A stretch of 64,000 nucleotides of DNA from Patescibacteria group bacterium (lineage in GTDB: Bacteria > Patescibacteriota > WWE3 > UBA101185 > UBA10185), in assembly GCA_049322215.1 (NCBI GenBank), contig JBMORU010000001.1:969759-1033758 (forward strand), given 5' to 3'. Within the stretch, counting starts at the first letter, position 1, and each line of letters starts with the position of its first letter. Positions 46,846 through 56,768 of the stretch are shown in pieces. The notes under the pieces are model-generated. The model saw nothing but the letters and a program-made list of their open reading frames with translations. It did no database searches and was not told the DNA's origin. The translations under genes and the position numbers were made by a program.

Positions 46846-47970
46846 TTACTTTCTTCTTTTCAAGGCATAACCACTAGTTATAGAGGTTAATCCCAGTAAG
46901 GTTAGTACTAATGTTGAAGCCGCACCTGTTTCAGGTAGTTCCTCAATGCCTAGTACATCTTCGGTGTCAGAATAACAAACGGTAGCCGTGTCAGAACCTT
47001 CTTCGGTTCCGTCATAAATCACTGTAGCCTCATTAACTACACACTTGTCAAAGTCAGATCTATCGTACTCATCAGGATCAACTCTTACTCTGATGATGAA
47101 AGTTCTTTCTTCACCAGGTTTAAAAGCATCCCAATCTTCAGTTAAGTCACCAGAAAGCTTAATTAGCTCATCTGGCAATATATCGTGCATTCTCATGTTA
47201 TCGAATGCAACACCATCAACATCGTTAGCGTCAGTTTTGTTTTTTACAACAACCCTAAACTCTACGACATCATCAAATTCAACATCAGTTACTTTATCTT
47301 TCCATTTTTTGTCACCCTCTATACGAACCTTTTTCTCTATATCAAATGACTTGTTAATGATACAGTTTTCACCACCTCCGTAGCCTCCACCGTAACCACC
47401 GTAGATACTACATGGGGTTTCTTCTGGATCATCTTCAGGTTCTGGCTCAGGTTCGTTAGCAGGACAGCTTATTTCATGATGTTGCGCAATACTGTCAGCA
47501 GCATAAAGCTTTAACTCTCCAGCTTTGGGCAAGGTGAATGAAGATTCAACCACCATACCTTGAGGGGACTCGTAAACAACTTCTCCATTAAGGTAAAACT
47601 TGTTTACACGTTCATCAACATCGTCGTCAATAAACACATAGCTGAATTCACATCCAGCAGGTAACTCCCCGAAATTCACCCATTCATGGAAGATTTTTGT
47701 GTAGGCTTCGGAGCTAGTCCAAACTCGTTCCTTACGTGTAGAAGTGTAAGTATCACTATCTACAGTATCAAAACGAAACGGATTAGTTCTTTTAACTACA
47801 AATACTTCATTAGAATCCTTTGTATAACTTGCACTACCTTCGCCCAAATACTGAGTTTCTGGTAAAGCAAAAGCCTCATTAAGAGGCATTATCCCAAGGG
47901 CTAAGATTGTCATAGCAACAACCTTAAGTGATTTATCAGAGAGCCTTGAAATGAATTTTATTAAGTTCAT
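46846..47970 (-). CDS. LPXTG-anchored surface protein 2
   Basis: Signal peptide. Pro/Glu linker PEPEPEDDPEE and a GYGGGYGGG run. C-terminal domain paralogous to protein 1. Sorting signal LPETG + hydrophobic stretch + KRRK. Confidence 0.8.
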   Translation of the reverse strand: MNLIKFISRLSDKSLKVVAMTILALGIMPLNEAFALPETQYLGEGSASYTKDSNEVFVVKRTNPFRFDTVDSDTYTSTRKERVWTSSEAYTKIFHEWVNFGELPAGCEFSYVFIDDDVDERVNKFYLNGEVVYESPQGMVVESSFTLPKAGELKLYAADSIAQHHEISCPANEPEPEPEDDPEETPCSIYGGYGGGYGGGENCIINKSFDIEKKVRIEGDKKWKDKVTDVEFDDVVEFRVVVKNKTDANDVDGVAFDNMRMHDILPDELIKLSGDLTEDWDAFKPGEERTFIIRVRVDPDEYDRSDFDKCVVNEATVIYDGTEEGSDTATVCYSDTEDVLGIEELPETGAASTLVLTLLGLTSITSGYALKRRK

Positions 47971-48002
47971 TTAAGAACTCCTTCCTAGGTTTAAATTGTT
48001 AA

Positions 48003-48040
48003 CCTATAGTAATTATAGGGGGAAAAGCAAAGTATGTCAA
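48003..48040 (-). promoter_or_regulatory. sigma70-type promoter with ACTATAGG motif just downstream of the -10 (minus strand)
   Basis: The minus strand reads TTGACA (48040-48035), a 17-nt spacer, TATAAT (48017-48012), T, then ACTATAGG (48010-48003). The -10 lies 41 nt before the ATG at 47970. Confidence 0.7.
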
Positions 48041-48113
48041 ACGCTGAAACTAAACGCTTTGGGAGGGTTTATTAGTTGCTAAATATTAATAATAAATGTG
48101 ATAAACTACGATC

Positions 48114-48659
48114 ATGAAAAAGACAAACTCACACTTTCACACAATTCCGCAGGATAAAGCTCCTGAGGTCTTAAATTTAATTGTAGAAATTAAAAAAGGG
48201 GATATAAACAAATACGAATATAACCATGAGCTCGGAATCATAGAGCTAGATAGAGTGCTTTATGGACCAGTTCATTTTCCCGTTAATTATTGCGATGTAC
48301 CAAGAACATGGAATGAAGACGACGGCGATCCATTGGACGCTGTAGTTTTCACAAGTGGAAATTTAGTACCTGGGTGTATGGTAAAGGGTAGAGTAATTGG
48401 AGTTATGGAAATGGATGATAACGGCGAAAAAGATAACAAAATAATATGTGTGGCTAAAAAAGATCCCAGATTTAATCAAGTTAAACATGTAGATGACTTA
48501 AGAGAATACGAAAAGAAAGATTTAAAAACTTTCTTTGAAACATACAAGTATGCGCAAACGGGTCCAGGGACAGTAACAATCGGCGAATTTTTGGGACCTG
48601 AAGCAGCGTACAAGCTAATTAAAGACGCAATGGAAGCCTACGATAGACTTTTTGAATGA
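48114..48659 (+). CDS. ppa: inorganic pyrophosphatase (family I)
   Basis: DGDPLDAVV, MDDNGEKDNKII, and YEYNHELG blocks. Confidence 0.9.
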   Translation: MKKTNSHFHTIPQDKAPEVLNLIVEIKKGDINKYEYNHELGIIELDRVLYGPVHFPVNYCDVPRTWNEDDGDPLDAVVFTSGNLVPGCMVKGRVIGVMEMDDNGEKDNKIICVAKKDPRFNQVKHVDDLREYEKKDLKTFFETYKYAQTGPGTVTIGEFLGPEAAYKLIKDAMEAYDRLFE

Positions 48660-48686
48660 AAATAGCTGTATTAATTACTAGACTAG

Positions 48687-48717
48687 GAAAAACCGCGGTG
48701 GAAGCTGCGGTTTTTTT
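48687..48717 (+). terminator. rho-independent terminator for ppa
   Basis: AACCGC pairs with GCGGTT, followed by a T-run of 7. Confidence 0.65.
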
Positions 48718-48769
48718 ACAAAAAAGTCTAAAGTTTTTACACAAACACAACAATGTAAAAACCTTAGAC
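48718..48769 (-). terminator. rho-independent terminator for 48793..49245
   Basis: GTCTAAAGTTTTTACA pairs with TGTAAAAACCTTAGAC (16-bp arms, one mismatch). On the minus strand it is followed by TTTTTTGT. Confidence 0.65.
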
Positions 48770-48792
48770 CTGTAAACTACGCCGAATTACGG

Positions 48793-49245
48793 TTACAAAG
48801 GGGCACTAACGTGCAGTAGCAACATGCCCATTTCACCAATTGGCCACCAAGCCTCATCATGGCATACACGCCCTTTACCGCTGTCTTTTTCAGGGTTAAG
48901 CACCGTGTGTAAAAACTTTTCTTCATCTGCCATAGAGGTGGGCAATGTCAAAATAAGATCAACATTTGGACTGCTGCGCTGAGTGTGCTTCCACGAAAGC
49001 CAGTGCAAATTCGCTCTGCTTCTGGTAAACGCCAGGTCAGCAAGCCTACTTAAAAATCCAACCCTAATAGCTAATCTGCGCAAAAGCACAGGTAGGGGAC
49101 GTCGATCAACAACGGTTACACTAAGAAAACCTGCATCCTCAACGTAAAAATCATAAACAACTTGTCCAGGAATAGCCTTTTGTATACGCAGAAACGGCAA
49201 AAGACTCTTGTCTACCTTTAAACCCTCATATACTTTATTTCGCAT
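48793..49245 (-). CDS. hypothetical protein (150 aa)
   Basis: ORF, G+C-rich relative to flanks. RBS AAGGAGAG. Its own terminator and an upstream CCTATAGT motif. No recognised family. Confidence 0.55.
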   Translation of the reverse strand: MRNKVYEGLKVDKSLLPFLRIQKAIPGQVVYDFYVEDAGFLSVTVVDRRPLPVLLRRLAIRVGFLSRLADLAFTRSRANLHWLSWKHTQRSSPNVDLILTLPTSMADEEKFLHTVLNPEKDSGKGRVCHDEAWWPIGEMGMLLLHVSAPL

Positions 49246-49289
49246 TTGTTCTCTCCTTATAGTTTTGATAAGTAGGGAAATCTTAACAC

Positions 49290-49297
49290 ACTATAGG
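49290..49297. promoter_or_regulatory. CCTATAGT/ACTATAGG motif in the divergent region between 48793..49245 and gyrA
   Basis: The plus strand reads ACTATAGG. The minus strand reads CCTATAGTGTGTTAAGAT, 44 nt before the ATG at 49245. Confidence 0.4.
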
Positions 49298-49365
49298 ATC
49301 ATATGCATCTAAAATATACGCAATCAATTGAGTATATTAATAAAAATTGATATCATAGCAACGCT

Positions 49366-51963
49366 ATGTCAAAAGAAGAGATAACAGCCCTAGATGCTTC
49401 AAACAATAAGCAAGAGGCAACAAACCTAATAAAAGCTGATATTACAACCGAAATGCAAAAAGCGTATTTGGATTACTCTATGAGTGTTATTGTCTCAAGA
49501 GCATTACCTGATGTACGCGACGGATTAAAACCTGTACACAGAAGAATAATATACGCAATGCAAGATCAAACTATGTACTACAACGGAAAGTATCATAAAT
49601 GTGCAGCCGTTGTAGGTGAAGTTTTAAAAAAGTACCATCCTCATAGCGACACCTCAGTATACGATGCTTTAGTTCGTATGGCGCAAAACTTTTCATTACG
49701 CTACACCTTAATAGATGGACAGGGTAACTTTGGAAGCATTGACGGAGATCCTCCTGCTGCTATGCGTTATACCGAATGTAAAATGGAACAACTAGCCGGA
49801 GAACTATACCGTGACATAGACAAAGATACTGTTGATTTTATGTTAAATGACCTCCAAAACGAAGAACCCGCAGTTTTGCCATCTGTTATACCAAACGTGT
49901 TGCTTAACGGAGCACAAGGTATTGCTGTAGGAATGGCAACTAATATTCCACCACATAATTTAAATGAACTTATAGATGGAATTAACCTTTTAATTGAAAA
50001 CTCAGATTATATAGGAGAAAAACCTGAAAAAGATACTAAACATGAATCAGAAGAAATAATTGCTAAAACAGGATTTTCATCTTCTGCAACTGTAGAAGAT
50101 TTAGTAAAAGTTGTAAAAGGACCTGACTTTCCAACGGGCGGAATAATTTATGATCAAAAAGAAATTATTCAAATGTATGCTACAGGTAAAGGAAGAATAG
50201 TAACCAGAGCAAAAATGGAAATTGAAGAAGACAAAAAGGGTAGAATGCGCATCATTGTTACCGAAATTCCATATCAAGTTAACAAATCCTCATTAATTGA
50301 AAAAATTGCAAAACTCGTTAGAGATAAAAAAATAACTGGCGTCGCAGATTTAAGAGATGAATCAAACAGAAAAGGTATGCGTATAGTTATTGAACTTAAA
50401 AAAGATGCCTTACCTAAAAAAGTACAAAACAGATTGTATAAACATACGCCCCTTCAAACATCATTCAATGCAAATATGGTTGCGCTTTTAGACGGTGAAC
50501 CAAAATTAATGACTTTGAAGGTAATTTTGGAAGAATTTATTAAACATCGCCAAATAGTTGTTGTTAGAAGAACAATATTTTTACTTAAAAAAGCACGAGC
50601 TCGTCAGCACATTTTACTGGGCTTAAAAATAGCATTAGATAATTTAGATGAAGTCATAAAACTTATTAGAAATAGTAAAGATACCGAGGTTGCTAAAACT
50701 GGACTTATGACAAAGTTTAAACTGACTGAAATACAGGCGCAAGCAATTTTAGACATGCAATTACGTCGTTTAGCCGCACTTGAAAGACAAAAAATAGAAG
50801 ACGAACTAAAGCAGATAACAGAAACCATCGAAGACTACGAGGATTTATTAATTTCACCAGAAAGAATCATGACTGTAGTAAAAGATGAGTTAACAGAGAT
50901 AAGAGAAAAGTATGGTGATGAAAGAAAAACTAAGGTTATTAAGAGCAAAGTAGGGGAGCTGTCTGACGAAGATTTAATAGTGAATGAAAGTTGCATAATT
51001 ACTATTTCTAGAAGTGGTTATATTAAAAGATTGAAACCTGATACTTACAAAAAACAAGGCCGCGGCGGAAAAGGCGTTAAAGGACAAGAACTCAGAGAAG
51101 AGGATATTGTAGACACAATTCGCATATGTAATACGCATGACTACGCACTATTCTTTACTAATAAAGGTAAGGTATATAAATTAAGGATTTGGGAAATACC
51201 AGAAACACTAAGAACTGCAAAAGGAACCGCATTAGTTAACTTTTTGGGCATTTCGCAAAGTGAAAATATACAAGCCTTTATATCGTTATCTGCAGAGCAA
51301 ATGGATGCTGAAGAAGGATTTATTGTATTTGGAACTGAAAAAGGAACAGTAAAGAAAACTTCCTTAGCAGATTTTGCTAATATAAGGTCTTCAGGAATTA
51401 TGGCAATTAAAATAGCTGACGGGGATGATCTTGTTAGAGTGTTACTAAGTGATGGGAAATCTGACGTTTTAATGGTTACAGCACAAGGGCAGTCTATAAG
51501 ATTTCCTGAGAAACAAATTAGAACAATGGGACGCACAGCTGGAGGAGTAATGGGTATAAAACTGGTTAAAGATGATGATCAAGTAGTTGGGATGGATTTA
51601 ATAGATGAGAACTCTACAAAAACATGCAGTTTATTTGTAGTAACCGAAAAAGGGAATGGTAAAAAAACACTAGTTACTGAATATAAAGCACAAAACAGAG
51701 GTGGTTCTGGTATTTTAACTTATAAAGTCACACCAAAAACCGGAAAAGTTAACACAGGAAGAATCATAGATAGCAGTGTAGAAATGGATATATTAATTGT
51801 TTCTTCATCAGGAAAAGTAATTCGACTTGATGAAAAGCAAATACCACAGTTAGGTAGAGCAACACAAGGTGTTAGATTAATATCATTAAGTGCATCTGAT
51901 AAAGTTTCCTCCACAGCAATTATTTCAGAAGAAGAGGAGCTTGAGAAAATAGAGAATGAATAG
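49366..51963 (+). CDS. gyrA: DNA gyrase subunit A
   Basis: GLKPVHRRIIYAM, the active-site region AAMRYTE, and C-terminal beta-pinwheel repeats. Confidence 0.95.
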   Translation: MSKEEITALDASNNKQEATNLIKADITTEMQKAYLDYSMSVIVSRALPDVRDGLKPVHRRIIYAMQDQTMYYNGKYHKCAAVVGEVLKKYHPHSDTSVYDALVRMAQNFSLRYTLIDGQGNFGSIDGDPPAAMRYTECKMEQLAGELYRDIDKDTVDFMLNDLQNEEPAVLPSVIPNVLLNGAQGIAVGMATNIPPHNLNELIDGINLLIENSDYIGEKPEKDTKHESEEIIAKTGFSSSATVEDLVKVVKGPDFPTGGIIYDQKEIIQMYATGKGRIVTRAKMEIEEDKKGRMRIIVTEIPYQVNKSSLIEKIAKLVRDKKITGVADLRDESNRKGMRIVIELKKDALPKKVQNRLYKHTPLQTSFNANMVALLDGEPKLMTLKVILEEFIKHRQIVVVRRTIFLLKKARARQHILLGLKIALDNLDEVIKLIRNSKDTEVAKTGLMTKFKLTEIQAQAILDMQLRRLAALERQKIEDELKQITETIEDYEDLLISPERIMTVVKDELTEIREKYGDERKTKVIKSKVGELSDEDLIVNESCIITISRSGYIKRLKPDTYKKQGRGGKGVKGQELREEDIVDTIRICNTHDYALFFTNKGKVYKLRIWEIPETLRTAKGTALVNFLGISQSENIQAFISLSAEQMDAEEGFIVFGTEKGTVKKTSLADFANIRSSGIMAIKIADGDDLVRVLLSDGKSDVLMVTAQGQSIRFPEKQIRTMGRTAGGVMGIKLVKDDDQVVGMDLIDENSTKTCSLFVVTEKGNGKKTLVTEYKAQNRGGSGILTYKVTPKTGKVNTGRIIDSSVEMDILIVSSSGKVIRLDEKQIPQLGRATQGVRLISLSASDKVSSTAIISEEEELEKIENE

Positions 51964-52966
51964 TGCATTTAGTGATTTACATGAAGTACTATTAATAAGC
52001 TCACAACCTCTTGATTCAGACTCTATTGCTAGTGGCACAATACTTAAAAAATACCTACAAAGTAAAAAAGTTAATGTTAAGCACATTTTCCCAAAGGAGT
52101 TAAGAGAAAAAGAAAAAGAAGCATTCATACATTTACCTTTTTTTGACGAATTCACAGGAGTTGACTCAAGAGAATTTCTTAAAGAAACCACATATGATGC
52201 GGTTATATTAGTAGACGGATCTAACGAAATACAGTTTTATGATTACGAAAATACTGATTTACCAGCGCCTGACTTTTCAGAACATGCCAAAATAATTGTT
52301 GTAGATCACCACCCAACAGACAACCCCAATTTAGGAAATACTATTATTAAAAACAAAAAAGCAAGTTCAGCTACCGAAGTAGTGCTAACTGATATAGTTC
52401 CCACAGAATTTTTAGACAGAGACCTGGCAATGCTAGCGTATGCAGGCATAGTAGGGGATACGGGAAACTTTCAATGGAACTTCACACCTTCTACAATGCG
52501 CTTAGCAGCAGATTTACTAGAAAAAGGTGCTGAGCCTATACAAATTACAGAAAGATACTTTAGAGATAAACCTGTAGAGTATTTTGACATGCTCAGCTTT
52601 GCCATTGAGCATACTGAGTATTTAGATGAAATACAAACTCAACTATTCGTACTGTCATACAATAGTATTCAAGAGCATAACTTAGATAAAGACAGATTAA
52701 GTTTAGTAAAGTATGCCTTTAAGTCAGCCTTAAGTGGTTTTGTTAAAGGATATCCAAGAGGAATAATGGTAACCGAATTTGAACCCGGTAAATTAAGTGT
52801 TTCAGGGCGTGGCAGCAATATTTATAACAAAATTTCATTGCCTGAGCTTTTTAAAGAAATGGGTGGAAACGGGGGCGGACATTTTAACTCAGCAGGAATG
52901 GGAATAAATATGGACATAGAAGAATTTAGAATCAAACTTTTCGATACTATTAAAAAGTTAATGTAG
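51956..52966 (+). CDS. DHH/DHHA1 phosphoesterase (NrnA-like)
   Basis: VVDHHPTD (DHH) and GGGHFNSAG (DHHA1 GGGH). Overlaps the gyrA end by 8 nt. Confidence 0.75.
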   Translation: MNSAFSDLHEVLLISSQPLDSDSIASGTILKKYLQSKKVNVKHIFPKELREKEKEAFIHLPFFDEFTGVDSREFLKETTYDAVILVDGSNEIQFYDYENTDLPAPDFSEHAKIIVVDHHPTDNPNLGNTIIKNKKASSATEVVLTDIVPTEFLDRDLAMLAYAGIVGDTGNFQWNFTPSTMRLAADLLEKGAEPIQITERYFRDKPVEYFDMLSFAIEHTEYLDEIQTQLFVLSYNSIQEHNLDKDRLSLVKYAFKSALSGFVKGYPRGIMVTEFEPGKLSVSGRGSNIYNKISLPELFKEMGGNGGGHFNSAGMGINMDIEEFRIKLFDTIKKLM

Positions 52967-52974
52967 CACTTCAT

Positions 52975-53616
52975 ATGGAAAAGTTAATTTATGAAAAAAA
53001 ACTATGGGAAAGTGGAGTAACTTCGATTGCTGGTGTAGATGAGGTTGGAAGAGGCTGCCTGGCAGGCCCTATGGTAGTAGCCAGCGTAATACTAAACAAA
53101 GACCATTTTACTGCAAATACAAAAGATAATTCACTTTTGATGGAAACTTATGTTCAAATAAAGGACTCTAAGAAGATTTCTTCTAAGAAACGTGATTATT
53201 TAAGTGAATTCATCCATGATGTATCCATAAACTACTCAATAGAGATTATCAGCCATGAAATAATAGATAATTCTGGAATTTCACATGCCACACAAATGGG
53301 ATTTTATAATGCTTTTAAAAAAAGCGGGGCGCAACACATATTAACTGATATGTTTGAAATAAAAGGTTTAGCCAAAAACAAGCAAACCAATATTAAGGGC
53401 GGGGATAACCTAAGTTTAACAATAGCAGCCGCTTCAATAGTTGCTAAAGTTTTTAGAGATAATTTAATGATAGAGCTAAATGAAAAGTACAAAAACTACG
53501 GTTTTTCTCAACATAAAGGTTATGGAACAAAAATGCACAAAGAGGCAATAGAGAAGTATGGGCCATGCGAAATACATCGCATGTCTTTTGAACCTTTAAA
53601 GTCATTGAAAATATAA
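52975..53616 (+). CDS. rnhB: ribonuclease HII
   Basis: GVDEVGRGCLAGPMVVA, IAAASIVAKV, GYG..H blocks. Confidence 0.88.
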   Translation: MEKLIYEKKLWESGVTSIAGVDEVGRGCLAGPMVVASVILNKDHFTANTKDNSLLMETYVQIKDSKKISSKKRDYLSEFIHDVSINYSIEIISHEIIDNSGISHATQMGFYNAFKKSGAQHILTDMFEIKGLAKNKQTNIKGGDNLSLTIAAASIVAKVFRDNLMIELNEKYKNYGFSQHKGYGTKMHKEAIEKYGPCEIHRMSFEPLKSLKI

Positions 53617-53660
53617 AAAAGCCACTAATAAGTACAAAATACCTAAAGTGGCTTGCCTGA

Positions 53661-54125
53661 CTACATCTTAAATAAGCTTTTTACTTTAATTAAAAGCCTA
53701 AATCCCCAAGTAAACCCCTTTCTTTTAACTGTAGACAACAAAGTTTGTTTGTTTAGTACAAGTTTAAACGCACGGTATCCAAATTTAGCGTCTGTTACTT
53801 CTTCAAAGTAAGATGTAAAACTATTGAAGTCTACTGATTCTTGAAGCAGCCCCTGCTTGATTAAACGCTTTAACAAAGCATCACGGTAATAATCAGGAAA
53901 CACCGGATTATTCAACTGCTCTCTACTAAAGTAAAGTGTAGGGTTAAACAAAAAAGTAAAACCTGATTTCCATTTATAACCTCGGGAAATATATATTCCA
54001 CCTTGAGAAATAGCCTTTTCATTATGTTTTAGACCAAATAACTCTTGTACAACACTTTCTGGCAGCAACAATTCACCATCTAAAGAAAAAAACGGCTCTC
54101 CAACTTCTACATTTAATGCTCTCAC
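53661..54125 (-). CDS. hypothetical protein (154 aa)
   Basis: GTG start with an AAGGAG RBS 8 nt upstream. No recognised family. Confidence 0.5.
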   Translation of the reverse strand: MRALNVEVGEPFFSLDGELLLPESVVQELFGLKHNEKAISQGGIYISRGYKWKSGFTFLFNPTLYFSREQLNNPVFPDYYRDALLKRLIKQGLLQESVDFNSFTSYFEEVTDAKFGYRAFKLVLNKQTLLSTVKRKGFTWGFRLLIKVKSLFKM

Positions 54126-54207
54126 AGTAATTCTCCTTTTTTTTCGTTGAATACAGGTAGTTTACTATAAGGTTGACCATAAGTATAACGCAAGGTAGTA
54201 TGGTCTA

Positions 54208-55290
54208 GTGGCGACAAAGTCTCAATTCGATAACCTACCACTAGCCTTATCTTACGACGATGTTCTTTTGCTACCTCAATACTCAGAAGTTGATTCCAGA
54301 GCACAGGTTATATTAGACACTAAAATTTCAAAAAATCTAAAACTTAAAATTCCACTTATAAGCACAAAAATGGATACGATTACCGGCGTTAGAATGGCAG
54401 CCAAAATGGGGGAACTGGGTGGAATGGGAATTTTACCAAGATTTGAAAGCATAGAATCGCAAGCTAAAAAGGTTGAGCAAGTTGCTAAATTTAAAGTAAT
54501 AGCAGCAGCGGCGGTAGGTTGTAACCCTGGTTTTTTTGAAAGAGCTAAAAGCTTAGTTGCGGCGGGGGCATCGGTAATAAATATAGATGTAGCGCACGGG
54601 CATATGAAAAAAAATATTGAAGCCACAAAAAAACTTAAAAACTACTTTGGCAATAACATTACACTTATATCTGGTATAGCTTCTACCTATGAATGCGCAG
54701 ATGACTTATTTAAGGCAGGAGCCGATGCTGTGTTAGTGGGTGTGGGGGCAGGATCAATATGTACAACAAGAATACAAACTGGCTCGGGTTCACCAGGGTT
54801 TTACTCTCTTGTAGAGGCAGCAAAAGCAGCAAGAAAACATAACAAGGTAGTTATACCTGATGCAGGCATTAGGACTTCAGGGGATATTGTTAAAGCGCTA
54901 GCTGCAGGAGCATCTGCGATTGTAGCAGGATCATTATTTGCAGGGACTGATGAAACCCCAGGCGACATAATAAAAATAGAGGGTAAAAAATATAAAAGAT
55001 ACAACGGGTCTGCTTCTGAATCTGAAAAAGAAAAACAAGTAAAGAAGGATCCAAACGGTAAAAATCTTATGTATACAAAACATATTGAAGGTGTGGAAGC
55101 GTTTAAGCCTTATAATGGCACAGTAGAGGAACTTATAATTAGGTTGTGTGCAGGAATAAGGTCGGGTTTAAGCTACAGCGGAGCATTCACTATTGAAGAA
55201 CTATGGAAAAAAGCAAAATTCATAAGAGTCACAAACGCAGGGGTAGTAGAAAGCAATGCCCATGATGTATTAGTTAATAGAAACTCTTAA
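54208..55290 (+). CDS. IMP dehydrogenase / GMP reductase family protein lacking the CBS (Bateman) insert
   Basis: LSYDDVLLLPQYSEV N-terminus and catalytic loop GVGAGSICTTR. At 360 aa there is no room for the CBS pair. GTG start. Confidence 0.8.
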   Translation: MATKSQFDNLPLALSYDDVLLLPQYSEVDSRAQVILDTKISKNLKLKIPLISTKMDTITGVRMAAKMGELGGMGILPRFESIESQAKKVEQVAKFKVIAAAAVGCNPGFFERAKSLVAAGASVINIDVAHGHMKKNIEATKKLKNYFGNNITLISGIASTYECADDLFKAGADAVLVGVGAGSICTTRIQTGSGSPGFYSLVEAAKAARKHNKVVIPDAGIRTSGDIVKALAAGASAIVAGSLFAGTDETPGDIIKIEGKKYKRYNGSASESEKEKQVKKDPNGKNLMYTKHIEGVEAFKPYNGTVEELIIRLCAGIRSGLSYSGAFTIEELWKKAKFIRVTNAGVVESNAHDVLVNRNS

Positions 55291-55372
55291 GCAGAGTAGG
55301 GGAAATACGTCGTAAAATTTTTAAAAAGCGACGTTAAATCTCTTTTTTTTGAACATTTGGGTTTTAGTAAAG

Positions 55373-56359
55373 TTAAATTAAACTATTAATTTCGTCAGCA
55401 GTATCATCAACATCTTTATGAAACTTTGTGTGAATGTCTTTTAGCTGTTTATTTGTAACATGCGTATATATTTGGGTAGTAGACACATTAGAATGACCTA
55501 ATAGCTCTTGTACAGAACGTAAATCAGCACCCTCAGACAAAAGTCCGGTAGCAAATGTATGACGCAAAGTGTGTGGAGTAGCATCAATAGACAATCCGGC
55601 TCTAGTAACGTATTTTTTTATCATACGTTGCACACTTCTAGGCGTTAATCTTAAAGATTCGCCATCTTCATCACCAACTTCCATACGCTTGCCAGAATAA
55701 CGTAAGAATAAAGGTACGAAATTATCTCTACGCGTAGATAAGTAACGCTTTAACCAATCTTTAGCGCTAGGACTTAAATAAACTGTACGAACTTTTCGAC
55801 CTTTACCTACAACGGTAAATTCTCCTGAATTTAAATTTATGTCAGATACATCTAAATTTACTAATTCGCTTACACGTAACCCAGTGCTAAATAGGGTTTC
55901 AAGCATAGCTCTATCACGAATACCTGATTTCTTACTTAAATTTTGTGTTGAAAACAAGCCCTGCAATTGTTCTTCATTTAAAACTTTAGGAACACGTGCC
56001 TCTGGTTTACCTAAAATTATTTGTTCGGGGGATACTGTGTCTAAACCTAACTCCACCACAATGTATTTCAAAAAGGCACGAATTGCGACAAGAAATGTTT
56101 TTTGTGTAGATTTCTTGAATTCTTCATGCGATTTATTACTTATACGTCGGTTTAAATTTAAACGATACTTTCTAAGTAGTTCTTGATCAATATCGGATAC
56201 GTAAAAATCATCCTTCTTTAAATATGCCTTAGACCACTCAATAAAGTCATTTAAATAAAAATCGTACATACGAATTGTATTTTGAGAAAGGTTTTTTTCA
56301 ATTTCACAATGTTCTAAATAACGCGTAAGTAATTCTTTTAGAGATTTGGTCATAAACAT
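55373..56359 (-). CDS. tyrosine site-specific recombinase (XerC/XerD-like)
   Basis: N-terminal SAM-like domain. Catalytic R (TGLRVSEL), HTLRHTFAT (HxxR), and LLGHSNVSTTQIYTHV (H...Y). Confidence 0.85.
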   Translation of the reverse strand: MFMTKSLKELLTRYLEHCEIEKNLSQNTIRMYDFYLNDFIEWSKAYLKKDDFYVSDIDQELLRKYRLNLNRRISNKSHEEFKKSTQKTFLVAIRAFLKYIVVELGLDTVSPEQIILGKPEARVPKVLNEEQLQGLFSTQNLSKKSGIRDRAMLETLFSTGLRVSELVNLDVSDINLNSGEFTVVGKGRKVRTVYLSPSAKDWLKRYLSTRRDNFVPLFLRYSGKRMEVGDEDGESLRLTPRSVQRMIKKYVTRAGLSIDATPHTLRHTFATGLLSEGADLRSVQELLGHSNVSTTQIYTHVTNKQLKDIHTKFHKDVDDTADEINSLI

Positions 56360-56768
56360 ATGTTAACAAGAGTTAGAAAATTTTCAAACATAGAACATAG
56401 ATTATGCAAGTTTAAGATTTTGTAGACCTAGCATTAAAATTTACTCATTACATGTGATGCATAAGTCAACTAAAAAATAAAAATTGCTTACAGGGCATTC
56501 TAGAGCCTCACACCCATTATTTACTGTCACAACAACAAATAGTAAGAATCAGCATGTTTAAAACTGCTAAAAATGTAATGAAATAAAAAAAGACAAGTGA
56601 GGTATATACGCAAGAAATGAAAATGCGGCATTAAACGTTGAATAGAGTAGCTGCGCCGCAAACTAAAAATAAATTAACATACAATTAAACAAAAATTTGT
56701 TTGGTATTAAAAAGTAAATTAATTTGGATCAAATTATAGGGAACAGGTTAGAATATTAAAAAATACAA

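Noticed and set aside
54122-54304. 60-aa minus-strand ORF overlapping the start of the IMPDH-like gene
   Set aside because: It is antisense to the conserved N-terminus of the IMPDH-like protein and has no RBS. The adjacent 154-aa gene has its own GTG start with an AAGGAG RBS at 54125.
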